This document shows positions 27,679 to 37,272 of a stretch of 64,000 nucleotides of DNA, piece after piece. Location of the stretch: positions 122 to 64,121 of the forward strand of contig SBGR01000061.1 in assembly GCA_006226545.1 (NCBI GenBank). Direction: 5' to 3'. The notes beneath the pieces are model-generated. The model worked only from the letters and a program-made list of their open reading frames with translations. It was not told the origin of the DNA and ran no database searches. The stretch is from Bacteroidota bacterium (lineage in GTDB: Bacteria > Bacteroidota > Bacteroidia > UBA8524). Within the stretch, counting starts at the first letter, position 1; every line of letters begins with the position of its first letter. A program made the translations under genes and the position numbers.

Positions 27679-29889
27679 TTAGGCCATTGCTTTCTCGATG
27701 CGGGTATCGTATGGCTCTTGGAATGCAGCGATGCTTCCGAAGTTTTCACCGTTTACCACAGCGTTTGTTCCGGCTACGATTCCAATTTCCATCACGTCAG
27801 CACCTGCATTGGCTACAATGTCTTTCACGGCTTGTACTTCGCTCGCTTTAACGCTTAATACCACGCGGCTCTGACCTTCACCAAACAAGAATGCATCTTT
27901 ACGCATTTCGCTAGGGCAAGACATTTCAAAACCGAGTCCGGAAGCAAAGCCCGATTCCAATAAGGAAATCAATAAACCGCCTTCGGAGATATCGTGTGCA
28001 GAGGCTACTTTACCGGATTGAATGGCACTCAAAACTGCCGCTTGTACAGCTTTTTCAGTTTCCATATCAAAGTTAGGAGCCGGTGATTTTTCTACCTTGT
28101 GAATATTAACCAAGTATTGGCTTGATGCGATGTCTTCGGTTACCGGTCCAACAAGCAAGAGCACATCGCCTTCTGCTTGGAAAGCCAAGCCGGTGCGGTG
28201 TTCAGGTTTCTCAATCAAACCAACCATACCAATTGTCGGAGTTGGGAATACAGCCGTACCGTCGATGGTAGACTGGTTGTAGAAACTTACGTTACCGCCG
28301 GTTACCGGGGTTCCTAACGCTTCACACGCCTCTTTCATGCCTTGGATAGCACCAACAAACTGGTAATAAACCTCAGGGTTATAAGGGTTACCGAAGTTCA
28401 AGCAGTTGGTAATCGCTACCGGAACACCACCTGTACAAACGATGTTACGCGCAGCTTCACTCACGGCAATGGCGCCACCCTTTTGCGGGTTAGCGTATAC
28501 GAAACGGCTATTGCAATCTACGGTCAAGGCTAAAGAGCGCTCGGTATCGCGGATCATTACAACGGCAGCATCGGAAGCTTTATTAGTGCTTTGGTTGATG
28601 GTACCTACCATGCTATCGTACTGACGGTAGATCCATCTTTTAGAAGCGATATTCGGAAGGTTAACGAGTTCCATCGCTACCGCTTTAAGGTTGCTAGGAA
28701 CAGTCACCTTATCGGCATCAAACTTTGCAATTTCTTCAAAGTATTTTGGCTCAGTGTATTCGCGGTGGTAAACCGGAGCACCTCCACCCAATACCAATGA
28801 TTCAGCAGGGATATCGGCACAAAGTTCACCGTGCATGTAGTATTGCACACGGCCGGTATCCGTTACCTCACCAATTTGAGCATAGGTCAAATCCCATTTT
28901 TCAAAGATCTCTTCAGCTGCTTTTTCTTCTCCTTTGTTTAGGATCACCAACATACGTTCTTGCGATTCAGACAAGAGGATTTCCCAGTCTTTCATATCCG
29001 GCTGACGCATTGGAACGCGATCCAAATGGATTACCATTCCGGTTTCGCTTTTAGCAGACATTTCTGCGGTGGAGCAAGTAATACCTGCTGCGCCCATGTC
29101 TTGCATACCTACTACCGTGTTGGTAGCGATTAATTCCATGCTGGCCTCTAGGATAAGCTTCTCCCAGAAAGGGTCGCCAACCTGAACAGATGGAAGGTCT
29201 TCGTGAGAATCTTCTGAGATATCTTTTGAAGCGAAAGCCGCTCCGTGGATACCGTCTTTTCCGGTAGCTGCACCGAAAATGTATACCGGGTTACCCGGCC
29301 CGTCTGCCGAGGCAGAAACAGTCTTGCCGTGTTCAACGATACCAACAGACATGGCATTCACCAGGTTATTGGTATGGTAGCAATCTTCAAAGTAAACTTC
29401 GCCGCCAACGGTTGGGATACCGAAAGCATTACCGTAATCGCCAATGCCTTTAACTACACCGCGCATTAACCATTTGGTGCGGTCTGTTTCCAACTTACCG
29501 AAACGCAAAGAGTTTAATTGAGCGATAGGGCGAGCACCCATGGAGAAGATATCGCGGTTGATACCACCTACTCCTGTAGCTGCACCTTGATAAGGTTCAA
29601 TAGCAGAAGGGTGGTTATGTGATTCAATTTTAAAGCAACAAGCGAGGCCATTTCCAATGTCGACCAGTCCGGCATTTTCTTCACCGGCTTTTGCCAACAT
29701 GCGGTCTGATTCACGCGGAAGTGTTTTCAGCCAAACAATGGAATTTTTGTAGGAGCAATGCTCACTCCACATAACGGAATAAATGCTGAGCTCAGTGAAG
29801 TTAGGCGTGCGGCCCAATACCTCTTTGATTTTGTCAAATTCTTCCGGAAGGATTCCTAGTTCCTTAGCTGTTTCTACGGTTACCTGCAT
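27679..29889 (-). CDS. purL: Phosphoribosylformylglycinamidine synthase subunit PurL
   Basis: N-terminus SIYSVMWSEHCSYKNS and AIR-synthase-related domain repeats; 736 aa. Confidence 0.95.
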   Translation of the reverse strand: MQVTVETAKELGILPEEFDKIKEVLGRTPNFTELSIYSVMWSEHCSYKNSIVWLKTLPRESDRMLAKAGEENAGLVDIGNGLACCFKIESHNHPSAIEPYQGAATGVGGINRDIFSMGARPIAQLNSLRFGKLETDRTKWLMRGVVKGIGDYGNAFGIPTVGGEVYFEDCYHTNNLVNAMSVGIVEHGKTVSASADGPGNPVYIFGAATGKDGIHGAAFASKDISEDSHEDLPSVQVGDPFWEKLILEASMELIATNTVVGMQDMGAAGITCSTAEMSAKSETGMVIHLDRVPMRQPDMKDWEILLSESQERMLVILNKGEEKAAEEIFEKWDLTYAQIGEVTDTGRVQYYMHGELCADIPAESLVLGGGAPVYHREYTEPKYFEEIAKFDADKVTVPSNLKAVAMELVNLPNIASKRWIYRQYDSMVGTINQSTNKASDAAVVMIRDTERSLALTVDCNSRFVYANPQKGGAIAVSEAARNIVCTGGVPVAITNCLNFGNPYNPEVYYQFVGAIQGMKEACEALGTPVTGGNVSFYNQSTIDGTAVFPTPTIGMVGLIEKPEHRTGLAFQAEGDVLLLVGPVTEDIASSQYLVNIHKVEKSPAPNFDMETEKAVQAAVLSAIQSGKVASAHDISEGGLLISLLESGFASGLGFEMSCPSEMRKDAFLFGEGQSRVVLSVKASEVQAVKDIVANAGADVMEIGIVAGTNAVVNGENFGSIAAFQEPYDTRIEKAMA

Positions 29890-29952
29890 GTTGTTTGATT
29901 AATCGCTGCAAAGGTAGGAGAATCAAGGTGCTATGCAAAGGGCTCGGAACAC

Positions 29953-29981
29953 AAAAAAAGCCGACTGAAAGTCGGCTTTTG
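29953..29981. terminator. Bidirectional intrinsic terminator upstream of purL
   Basis: AAAAAAAGCCGACTGAAAGTCGGCTTTT: A-run, 7-bp stem, T-run. Terminates the small upstream minus-strand genes before purL. Confidence 0.6.
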
Positions 29982-30014
29982 AAGAAACTTGAAACAAACA
30001 CTATACACGGATTG

Positions 30015-30218
30015 TCAGTTGCCTGACACATATTTAACGTGAAAAAAATGCTGAACGTATATGCTATCCGAAATTTCTAGGGTGTCCAAAAGGTCTTCGG
30101 TTTCGGGGTTCAAAGGAAGGGGGTAAGTAGAGTGGCCATCCCGGTGTACTTCAAGGTAAACAGACAGACTTATCCCTAGAATTAAAAACAATAAAAGCGA
30201 GAAGGCGTATTTTCCCAT
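30015..30218 (-). CDS. Small hydrophobic peptide (67 aa), N-terminal TM/signal-like helix with SVYLE motif
   Basis: MGKYAFSLLLFLILGISLSVYLEVHRDG...; paralogous to the 48-aa ORF immediately upstream. Confidence 0.35.
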   Translation of the reverse strand: MGKYAFSLLLFLILGISLSVYLEVHRDGHSTYPLPLNPETEDLLDTLEISDSIYVQHFFHVKYVSGN

Positions 30219-30254
30219 GGTAGGGATATATACGAACTGTTTCGCTTCTTGGAT

Positions 30255-30401
30255 TTAACCCAATCGAGAACCGTCTCTGCTGTATTCAATCAATGGATCT
30301 CCATGTCTAACAGGCTTGTTGCGAAAGTTCTCCAAGTAAACGCATAGAACCGTTAGAATGATTAGCAGGGCAAAAAGGCTGAGACTAACTTTTCCTTTCA
30401 T
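30255..30401 (-). CDS. Small hydrophobic peptide (48 aa), paralog of the 67-aa ORF; not in the ORF track because it is under 60 aa
   Basis: Hand translation of the minus strand: MKGKVSLSLFALLIILTVLCVYLENFRNKPVRHGDPLIEYSRDGSRLG. Shares M.GK..SL.LF.LI.L..(S/C)VYLE..R with the neighbour (about 13 of 27 identical). Confidence 0.3.
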   Translation of the reverse strand: MKGKVSLSLFALLIILTVLCVYLENFRNKPVRHGDPLIEYSRDGSRLG

Positions 30402-30641
30402 AATCTTCGGTAGCAAAGTAAAAGACGGGCAGCTTAACGGGTTCTACTCAATTTTGGGTATTTAGCTGCGTCCGTACTTCTCGATTTGGTTTTTCATTCG
30501 ATGCCGATTTATCACTTTGGTTTAATCCGGTATTATTTTCAGGTTAAATAGCATTCAAAACAGCTAAATTATTTTTCGAGGCCATTGCATGAATGCCGCG
30601 CCACGACTATCTTTGGGAACACTCATTCTTGAACCTGAACC

Positions 30642-31205
30642 ATGACGGAATTTTTTGAGGGCATGGAACCGCTTCTGCGGACCTTTTGGTATATCGCCCT
30701 ACCAACCAGTTTAGTTTTTATAATTCAAACCATCATGACCTTCATGGGCACCGATGCGGGCGATGGTGTAGAGGCCGATTTTGATTCGGACTTAGACGGG
30801 GCAGAAGCACCGTTTCAGCTGTATTCTTTGCGAAACCTAATCAACTTCTTACTGGGTTTTTCTTGGTCAGGTATCTCCTTTTACGATCAAATCGCTTCGT
30901 CGGCCTTGCTCATTGCAATCTCTGCCGCCGTAGGTGTTTTGTTTGTGGTGCTTTTTTTCCTCATCATCCGTCAGATGCTGAAACTGTCTGAAGACAATAG
31001 CTTCCGCATGGAAGAGTGTATTGGAAAAACCGCTGAGGTCTATTCCCGCATTCCGGGAACCAAATCGGGCAAAGGAAAAGTAACCTTAAGCGTACGCGGC
31101 TCAACCCGCGAATTGGACGCTGTAACCCTTGGCGAAGAAATCAGTTCGGGCACCATGGTTAAGGTGGTTGAAGTTTTAAGCGATAATATTTTACGAGTAG
31201 AATAA
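30642..31205 (+). CDS. NfeD-like membrane protein (flotillin-associated; C-terminal OB-fold)
   Basis: Three TM helices then soluble C-terminal domain (GKGKVTLSVRGSTRELDAVTLGEEISSGTMVKVVEV). Gene immediately precedes the flotillin gene, the classical NfeD-SPFH arrangement. Confidence 0.65.
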   Translation: MTEFFEGMEPLLRTFWYIALPTSLVFIIQTIMTFMGTDAGDGVEADFDSDLDGAEAPFQLYSLRNLINFLLGFSWSGISFYDQIASSALLIAISAAVGVLFVVLFFLIIRQMLKLSEDNSFRMEECIGKTAEVYSRIPGTKSGKGKVTLSVRGSTRELDAVTLGEEISSGTMVKVVEVLSDNILRVE

Positions 31206-31214
31206 TCCCTCTTT

Positions 31215-32786
31215 ATGTTTTCATCAATTGCGATAATCATTGTGGCAGTGGTGGTGTTTTTCGTCACCATTACAGCCCTCATCTCGCGCTACAAGCGCTG
31301 TCCTTCCGACAAAATTTTAGTAGTCTACGGTAGAACCGGTGGAACTTCCGCTCGCTGTATCCACGGCGGTGGTGCGTTTATCTGGCCGGTAATTCAAGAC
31401 TATGCCTACCTCGATTTGAAACCAATCTCCATCGAGGCTAACCTAACCAATGCCTTGAGCCGTCAGAATATCCGTGTGGATGTACCTTGTCGATTTACCA
31501 TCGCTATCACCACAGACCCGGATAACATGAACACGGCAGCTGAGCGTTTGCTCGGCTTAAGTGCAAGTGAAATTCAAGAGTTAGCGAAAGACATCCTTTT
31601 CGGTCAGCTCCGTTTGGTGGTAGCTACCATGACCATCGAAGAAATCAACTCCGACCGCGATAAGTTCTTGGAAAACATCTCCAAAAACATCGATTCAGAA
31701 TTGCGTAAAATTGGTCTGAAACTAATCAACGTAAACGTTACCGATATCAAGGACGAGTCTGGTTATATCGAAGCCTTGGGTAAAGAAGCGGCAGCAAAAG
31801 CAATCAACGAAGCGAAAATATCCGTTGCTGAACAAGAGAAAATAGGTGAAACCGGTAAGGCCTTGGCCGACCGCGAAAAAGACACGCAGATCGCAGAAAC
31901 ACACCGCGACCGCGACGTGAAAATTGCCATCACCAACAAAGACCGTGAAATTAGTATTGCTTCGGCAGAGAAGGATGAATCTATTGGTAAGGCAGTTGCT
32001 GAACGAGATACCCGTGTGAAAGTGGCTGAGGCAAATGCCATCGCGATCACAGGTGAGAATACGGCTAAAATTGAAATCGCCAACTCCGATGCTTTGCGTC
32101 GCCAAAGGGAAGCAGAATCACTCCGTATCGCCATTACCGCAGAGAAGGTAGAACAAGCCAAAGCTTTGCAAGAGGCTTACGAAGCAGAGAAGAATGCAGA
32201 ATTAGCGCGTTCTGAAAGAGAACGCTCCTCACAGATCGCTAACGTAGTGGTACCGGCTGAAATCGCTAGACAAAAAGCCATCATCGATGCAGAGGCGGAA
32301 GCGGAACAGATCCGTGTGAAAGCAAAAGCGGAGGCAGATGCGATTTACGCTAAGATGGAGTCAGAAGCGAAAGGTCTCTTTGAAATCTTGACCAAACAGG
32401 CCGAAGGTTACAAAGACGTGGTTGCCGCTGCAGGTGGAGACCCAACACAAGCCTTCCAATTGCTCCTCATTGAGAAATTGCCTGAGCTTGTTAAGACACA
32501 GGTGGATGCGATTAAGAACATTAAAATCGATAAGGTTACCGTTTGGGATAGCGGCAATGGAAATGGCGATGGCAAGGGTGGAGGAACATCCAACTTTGTT
32601 TCCGGACTGATGCACAGCGTTCCACCATTGAACGACCTATTCAATATGGCCGGCTTGAATTTGCCTAATTACCTTAAAGGCGATGGCTACGATAAAGCCG
32701 TTCAGGTGGATGCCGAAGAAGTAAAAGACGTCCAGAAGAAAAAGACCAAGCCTAAGGTAGATCCTGAGGCGCCTAAGGAAGACTAA
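31215..32786 (+). CDS. Flotillin / SPFH (band 7) family protein
   Basis: N-terminal membrane anchor, SPFH domain, long Ala/Glu-rich coiled coil (AEANAIAITGENTAKIEIANSDALRRQREAESLRIAITAEKVEQAKALQEAYEAE). Confidence 0.85.
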   Translation: MFSSIAIIIVAVVVFFVTITALISRYKRCPSDKILVVYGRTGGTSARCIHGGGAFIWPVIQDYAYLDLKPISIEANLTNALSRQNIRVDVPCRFTIAITTDPDNMNTAAERLLGLSASEIQELAKDILFGQLRLVVATMTIEEINSDRDKFLENISKNIDSELRKIGLKLINVNVTDIKDESGYIEALGKEAAAKAINEAKISVAEQEKIGETGKALADREKDTQIAETHRDRDVKIAITNKDREISIASAEKDESIGKAVAERDTRVKVAEANAIAITGENTAKIEIANSDALRRQREAESLRIAITAEKVEQAKALQEAYEAEKNAELARSERERSSQIANVVVPAEIARQKAIIDAEAEAEQIRVKAKAEADAIYAKMESEAKGLFEILTKQAEGYKDVVAAAGGDPTQAFQLLLIEKLPELVKTQVDAIKNIKIDKVTVWDSGNGNGDGKGGGTSNFVSGLMHSVPPLNDLFNMAGLNLPNYLKGDGYDKAVQVDAEEVKDVQKKKTKPKVDPEAPKED

Positions 32787-32791
32787 GTCTA

Positions 32792-32817
32792 AAGCCACCC
32801 TCGGGTGGCTTTTTTTA
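32792..32817 (+). terminator. Intrinsic terminator after flotillin gene
   Basis: AGCCACCC TCG GGTGGCT followed by TTTTTTT. Confidence 0.65.
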
Positions 32818-32830
32818 AACCCTCTGAACG

Positions 32831-33475
32831 GTGAATAATCTTAGCGAAATGAAAAACCTGAACCTAGCAATCTTGTGTTGCCTTCTGTTTGCAGCCTTAC
32901 CGGCAACTGCTCAGCGTATAGCGAGCGATAGCGTCTATTATAACGGTAAGTTAATCAGCAAAGCAGAGTACGATAAAGAACAGAAACGGAAAGCGTACAA
33001 AAACTTTCATACCTATATGATGCCCGGCGTTTCTTACCTGATCTACACACCCAAGCGCGCAGACAGCCTGGGAAGCTATACCGGCATCAATATCGATTAC
33101 TTGATTTCGGCTCGTGTATCACAAAATACCAACCCGGGTCCCAGTCACGTGAGGTTTTACGGTAAATTATCCATTTTGGGTTCCAGTAAATCGGAGATGC
33201 CCTCCATCTTGAATTACGGATTGGGGCTGAATCTCTCGGTAGAGAAATACCCGAACCGGAGGTTTTTCATTCCGTATTTTGGATTGGAGAGTGGAGGAAT
33301 GGCGCAGCGCGGTTATGGAAATACCCTTCAGTTTACCCCTTTGTTAGGGATGCACATTGTAGCCCAAAGTAATCTCTTTGTAAACATTCATGCAGGCTAT
33401 GTCTACCCTATTAAAAACTTTGACCAATACCAAGGTTGGACGGCCCAAGCCGGTTTCAACTTTGCCTTATGGTAA
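32831..33475 (+). CDS. Hypothetical secreted protein
   Basis: Signal peptide (MKNLNLAILCCLLFAALPATAQ). C-terminal half has a beta-strand-like alternating pattern. No motif recognized. Confidence 0.4.
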   Translation: MNNLSEMKNLNLAILCCLLFAALPATAQRIASDSVYYNGKLISKAEYDKEQKRKAYKNFHTYMMPGVSYLIYTPKRADSLGSYTGINIDYLISARVSQNTNPGPSHVRFYGKLSILGSSKSEMPSILNYGLGLNLSVEKYPNRRFFIPYFGLESGGMAQRGYGNTLQFTPLLGMHIVAQSNLFVNIHAGYVYPIKNFDQYQGWTAQAGFNFALW

Positions 33476-33477
33476 AA

Positions 33478-33507
33478 GAAAAAGCCACCCCGAGAGGTGG
33501 CTTTTCT
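33478..33507. terminator. Bidirectional terminator between hypothetical gene (+) and acnA (-)
   Basis: AAAAAGCCACCCCGAGAGGTGGCTTTTCT: A-run, stem GCCACC/GGTGGC, T-run. Confidence 0.6.
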
Positions 33508-33526
33508 AATTCTATTCAATTCCTAA

Positions 33527-35794
33527 TTAGGCATTGGCATTTTTGCGAATGATGTTCAAGGCAGCACCTGCTTTGAACCATTCAATTTGCTGTTCGTTGT
33601 AGCTGTGGTTTGCCACGATGGTTTCCATGGTTCCATCGGTATGGTTCAAGACCACTTTCAATGGAGTGCCTGGAGTGAACTCAGTCAAGCCGATGATATC
33701 GATATCGTCGTCTTCACGAATTTTATCGTAATCAGCCGGGTTAGCGAAGGTCAAGGCCAACATACCTTGTTTCTTCAAGTTGGTTTCGTGGATACGAGCG
33801 AAAGATTTCACCAATACAGCACGAACTCCTAGGTGACGAGGTTCCATTGCTGCGTGTTCGCGGGAAGATCCTTCACCGTAGTTTTCGTCGCCTACTACGA
33901 TAGTACCAATTCCGGAAGCTTTGTAAGCACGCTGTACATCAGGCACTGCACCTTCAGCACCGTGAATCTGGCTCTTCACTGAGTTGGTTTTCTCGTTGAA
34001 GTAGTTCACTGCACCAATCAAGAGGTTATTGGAGATATTGTCCAAGTGACCGCGGAACTTCAACCATGGACCAGCCATAGAGATATGATCCGTTGTACAT
34101 TTTCCTTTGGCTTTGATGAGGAGTTTCAAACCGGTGAGGTTTTTTCCTTCCCAAGCTTGGAATGGATCCAGTAACTGTAAACGATTAGAAGCCGGGTCTA
34201 CAATCACTTGCACACCTGAGCCGTCTTCAGCCGGAGCTTGGTATCCGGCATCTTCTACCGCGAAACCTTTGGTTGGCAACTCATCGCCTTTTGGCGGGTC
34301 AAGTTTTACTTGCTCACCGTTTTCATTGGTCAAGGTATCGGTCAATGGGTTAAAGCCCAAATCGCCGGCAATCGCTAAAGCAGTTACCAATTCCGGTGAA
34401 CCTACAAACGCATAGGTGTTCGGGTTACCGTCGGCACGTTTAGCAAAGTTTCTGTTGAAAGAGTGAACGATGGTGTTCTTCTCTTGTTTCTCAGCACCTA
34501 CACGGTTCCACATACCGATGCATGGTCCGCAAGCGTTAGCAAACACTTTCGCTCCAATCTGATCAAATACTTCCAAGAAGCCGTCGCGCTCAATGGTATA
34601 ACGTACTTGCTCAGAACCCGGAGTGATGGTGAATTCTGCTTTGGTCTTCAATTTTTTATCGGCTACCTGCTGAGCAAGGCTCACGGCACGGCTGATGTCT
34701 TCGTAAGAAGAGTTGGTACAAGAACCAATCAAACCTACTTCCACTTTCATTGGCCAACCGTTTTTCTCAGCCGTTTCTTTCATCTTGGAAATTGGCGTAG
34801 CCAAATCCGGCGTAAAAGGTCCGTTGAGGTGCGGCTCCAAAGTGCTCAAGTCGATTTCAATCACTTGATCAAAATATTGCTCAGGGTTAGCGTATACTTC
34901 AGCATCACCGGTCAAATGAGCTTTAATGCCATTCGCTAGTTCTGCTACGTCAGCACGGCCGGTAGCGCGGAGGTAACGCTCCATGCTCTCGTCGTAACCG
35001 AAGGTTGAAGTAGTTGCTCCGATTTCAGCACCCATGTTACAGATGGTACCTTTACCGGTACAGCTCAGGTTTGTAGCACCCTCGCCGAAATATTCTACGA
35101 TAGCACCGGTACCACCTTTTACGGTAAGGATACCTGCTACTTTCAAGATCACGTCTTTGGCTGAAGCCCAACCGTTTAATTTACCGGTCAACTTCACACC
35201 AATCAGTTTAGGGAATTTCAGCTCCCAAGGTAGGCCGGCCATAACGTCGCACGCATCAGCACCACCAACACCAATCGCTACCATACCCAAACCACCGGCG
35301 TTCACCGTATGGGAGTCAGTACCAATCATCATACCGCCCGGGAAGGCGTAGTTTTCCAATACCACCTGGTGGATGATACCTGCACCCGGCTTCCAGAAAC
35401 CGATGCCGTATTTATTGGAAACAGAAGCCAAGAAATTGTAAACCTCTTTGCTCTCTTCATTGGCTACCGCCAAATCTTTATCTGCTCCAACTTGGGCAGT
35501 AATCAAGTGATCGCAATGTACGGTAGAGGGAACCGCTACTTTCGGACGACCCGCTTGCATAAACTGCAAAAGGGCCATCTGAGCTGTTGCATCCTGCATG
35601 GCAACGCGATCCGGAGCGAAGTCTACATAAGACTTACCACGCTCAAAGGACTCAGAGGCGTTACCATCCCACAAATGCGCATAAAGAATTTTTTCAGCAA
35701 GCGTCAAAGGCTTACCCACAGCATTACGGGCAGCTTCGATTCGCTCAGGGAAGCGGCTATAAACCGCTTTTATCATGTCGAGATCAAATACCAT
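33527..35794 (-). CDS. acnA: Aconitate hydratase
   Basis: 755 aa; aconitase family signatures ([19 protein letters not shown]) including the Fe-S ligand Cys residues and the C-terminal swivel domain. Confidence 0.93.
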   Translation of the reverse strand: MVFDLDMIKAVYSRFPERIEAARNAVGKPLTLAEKILYAHLWDGNASESFERGKSYVDFAPDRVAMQDATAQMALLQFMQAGRPKVAVPSTVHCDHLITAQVGADKDLAVANEESKEVYNFLASVSNKYGIGFWKPGAGIIHQVVLENYAFPGGMMIGTDSHTVNAGGLGMVAIGVGGADACDVMAGLPWELKFPKLIGVKLTGKLNGWASAKDVILKVAGILTVKGGTGAIVEYFGEGATNLSCTGKGTICNMGAEIGATTSTFGYDESMERYLRATGRADVAELANGIKAHLTGDAEVYANPEQYFDQVIEIDLSTLEPHLNGPFTPDLATPISKMKETAEKNGWPMKVEVGLIGSCTNSSYEDISRAVSLAQQVADKKLKTKAEFTITPGSEQVRYTIERDGFLEVFDQIGAKVFANACGPCIGMWNRVGAEKQEKNTIVHSFNRNFAKRADGNPNTYAFVGSPELVTALAIAGDLGFNPLTDTLTNENGEQVKLDPPKGDELPTKGFAVEDAGYQAPAEDGSGVQVIVDPASNRLQLLDPFQAWEGKNLTGLKLLIKAKGKCTTDHISMAGPWLKFRGHLDNISNNLLIGAVNYFNEKTNSVKSQIHGAEGAVPDVQRAYKASGIGTIVVGDENYGEGSSREHAAMEPRHLGVRAVLVKSFARIHETNLKKQGMLALTFANPADYDKIREDDDIDIIGLTEFTPGTPLKVVLNHTDGTMETIVANHSYNEQQIEWFKAGAALNIIRKNANA

Positions 35795-35993
35795 AGTTGT
35801 TCGTTAAATTATTCGCTAACACAGGGCGACAAAGTTAGAATTTTCACGCTTTTTATTGCAGTCTTGCGGGCTAATTTTCAGGCTTCTAATTTGACTTTTT
35901 TCATTCTTGGTTTAGATGGCTTTTGAGTGATGATTTTTTAGTCCTCCGCTTTTGCATTTTACATGAAAAGGGAACCGATGGAATTGCGCATCT

Positions 35994-36290
35994 TTGCCCA
36001 TGATGGAAGACAAATTGCTCACGGTAACCCACGATTTGGTCAAGCAAAATTTCGATATAGACCAACAAGAACTTTTTGTGGAAGAAGCCTTGGCCAAACG
36101 CATCGAAGAGCTGATGAATTCCAATCCCATCCTCCTCAAAAGTATCTTTTACCGTATCGACTTAAACGAAAGCAAATTGGGCATGGCCCTCGTGAGCATG
36201 CAAGGCCCGGAGCTTTTTATAGAACTCGCACGTCAGGTTATTGAGCGATTGAAATTAAAAGCCGAAACGAGGTTGAAATACTCGAAGTAG
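35994..36290 (+). CDS. Hypothetical small protein
   Basis: 98-aa ORF, no motif; could start at an internal Met (MEDKLL). Confidence 0.3.
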   Translation: MPMMEDKLLTVTHDLVKQNFDIDQQELFVEEALAKRIEELMNSNPILLKSIFYRIDLNESKLGMALVSMQGPELFIELARQVIERLKLKAETRLKYSK

Positions 36291-36459
36291 GAAAAGTAAG
36301 ACTGTAGGATTGTAGGATTGTTGAACTGATTTCCTCGGATGTAATAACGTTTTTTACCTAAATCATTTATCATGTCGTACCTTGTATCGGTTTTGTAGCC
36401 TGAGTGTTTCATAATGTATGTTTGGCTAGAACGATTGTTAATGATACGCGGTAGAAATT

Positions 36460-37176
36460 ATGGTTGTATGCATGAAAACACGGCTTAAATGGAAAGTGAG
36501 CCTATGGGCAATGGCGGCAGTCTCAGCTATCTTTTTCCTACAAAGTTGTAAGCCTGAAATTCCGCCTACTAAGGGTCCTGTTCGTTATGAAATTGATGAT
36601 TTCATATTTAATACATTCCTGTTTTCAATGGGATCCTGGTGGGCATTAGTCGATACCGTTTCCGGAGATCGTGATACGTTAATGATAACAGAGAGTGTGG
36701 CTCAGCATCAGAATGTATATGAAGGATCGGAATTTAAGTTTTACAGATTCTATTATAATTCGCGAGTGTGGTCTACGTCAGCTCAGAAATCTTGGCTAAC
36801 TGAATATCTTTCTAATTCTTATTCTACAATTCAAGATAATTCATATCCTCAGTTTCAAATTTATAAAGATTCCAAAATATGGAATTTCTATTTGAATGGG
36901 TCTGAACTTGGAGATTCCTTACTCATTACTGCGGCCGTTATGGATGGTGTGAAAAAGGAGAATTATTTCACGGTACAAGGGAGTGGTGACTCTCTCTTAG
37001 TTAATGGAAAATGGCGTCTTGGGAAGTATAAAGCCTTTAAGCATAGTAATGTTCCTGAAGCTGAATTTGTTGATCAGTACTATGTGTTTCAAGAGCATTT
37101 TGGCTTAGTTTCTTTTAAAAGTGATGGTTCTCATTATGTCGTGGAGAACAGTGAGCTATTTCCGGTAATTCGGTAG
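36460..37176 (+). CDS. Hypothetical lipoprotein
   Basis: Lipobox-like FFLQSC after a hydrophobic signal peptide. Asn/Ser/Tyr-rich beta-rich body. Confidence 0.4.
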   Translation: MVVCMKTRLKWKVSLWAMAAVSAIFFLQSCKPEIPPTKGPVRYEIDDFIFNTFLFSMGSWWALVDTVSGDRDTLMITESVAQHQNVYEGSEFKFYRFYYNSRVWSTSAQKSWLTEYLSNSYSTIQDNSYPQFQIYKDSKIWNFYLNGSELGDSLLITAAVMDGVKKENYFTVQGSGDSLLVNGKWRLGKYKAFKHSNVPEAEFVDQYYVFQEHFGLVSFKSDGSHYVVENSELFPVIR

Positions 37177-37272
37177 AAATTTTGGAATGAAAAAGTAGTG
37201 ATTCCCGGTATGCTCCTGATAATTTTTGGGAGGGTGTAGGATTGTTAGATCGATTTAATCTTTGTCCTTTAC

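Noticed and set aside
34107-35926. Several 100-200-aa plus-strand ORFs antisense to acnA, and similar antisense ORFs inside glyA, purL, metK, recF and the T9SS genes
   Set aside because: All lie entirely within long, confidently identified genes on the opposite strand and show no motifs. Typical spurious antisense frames.
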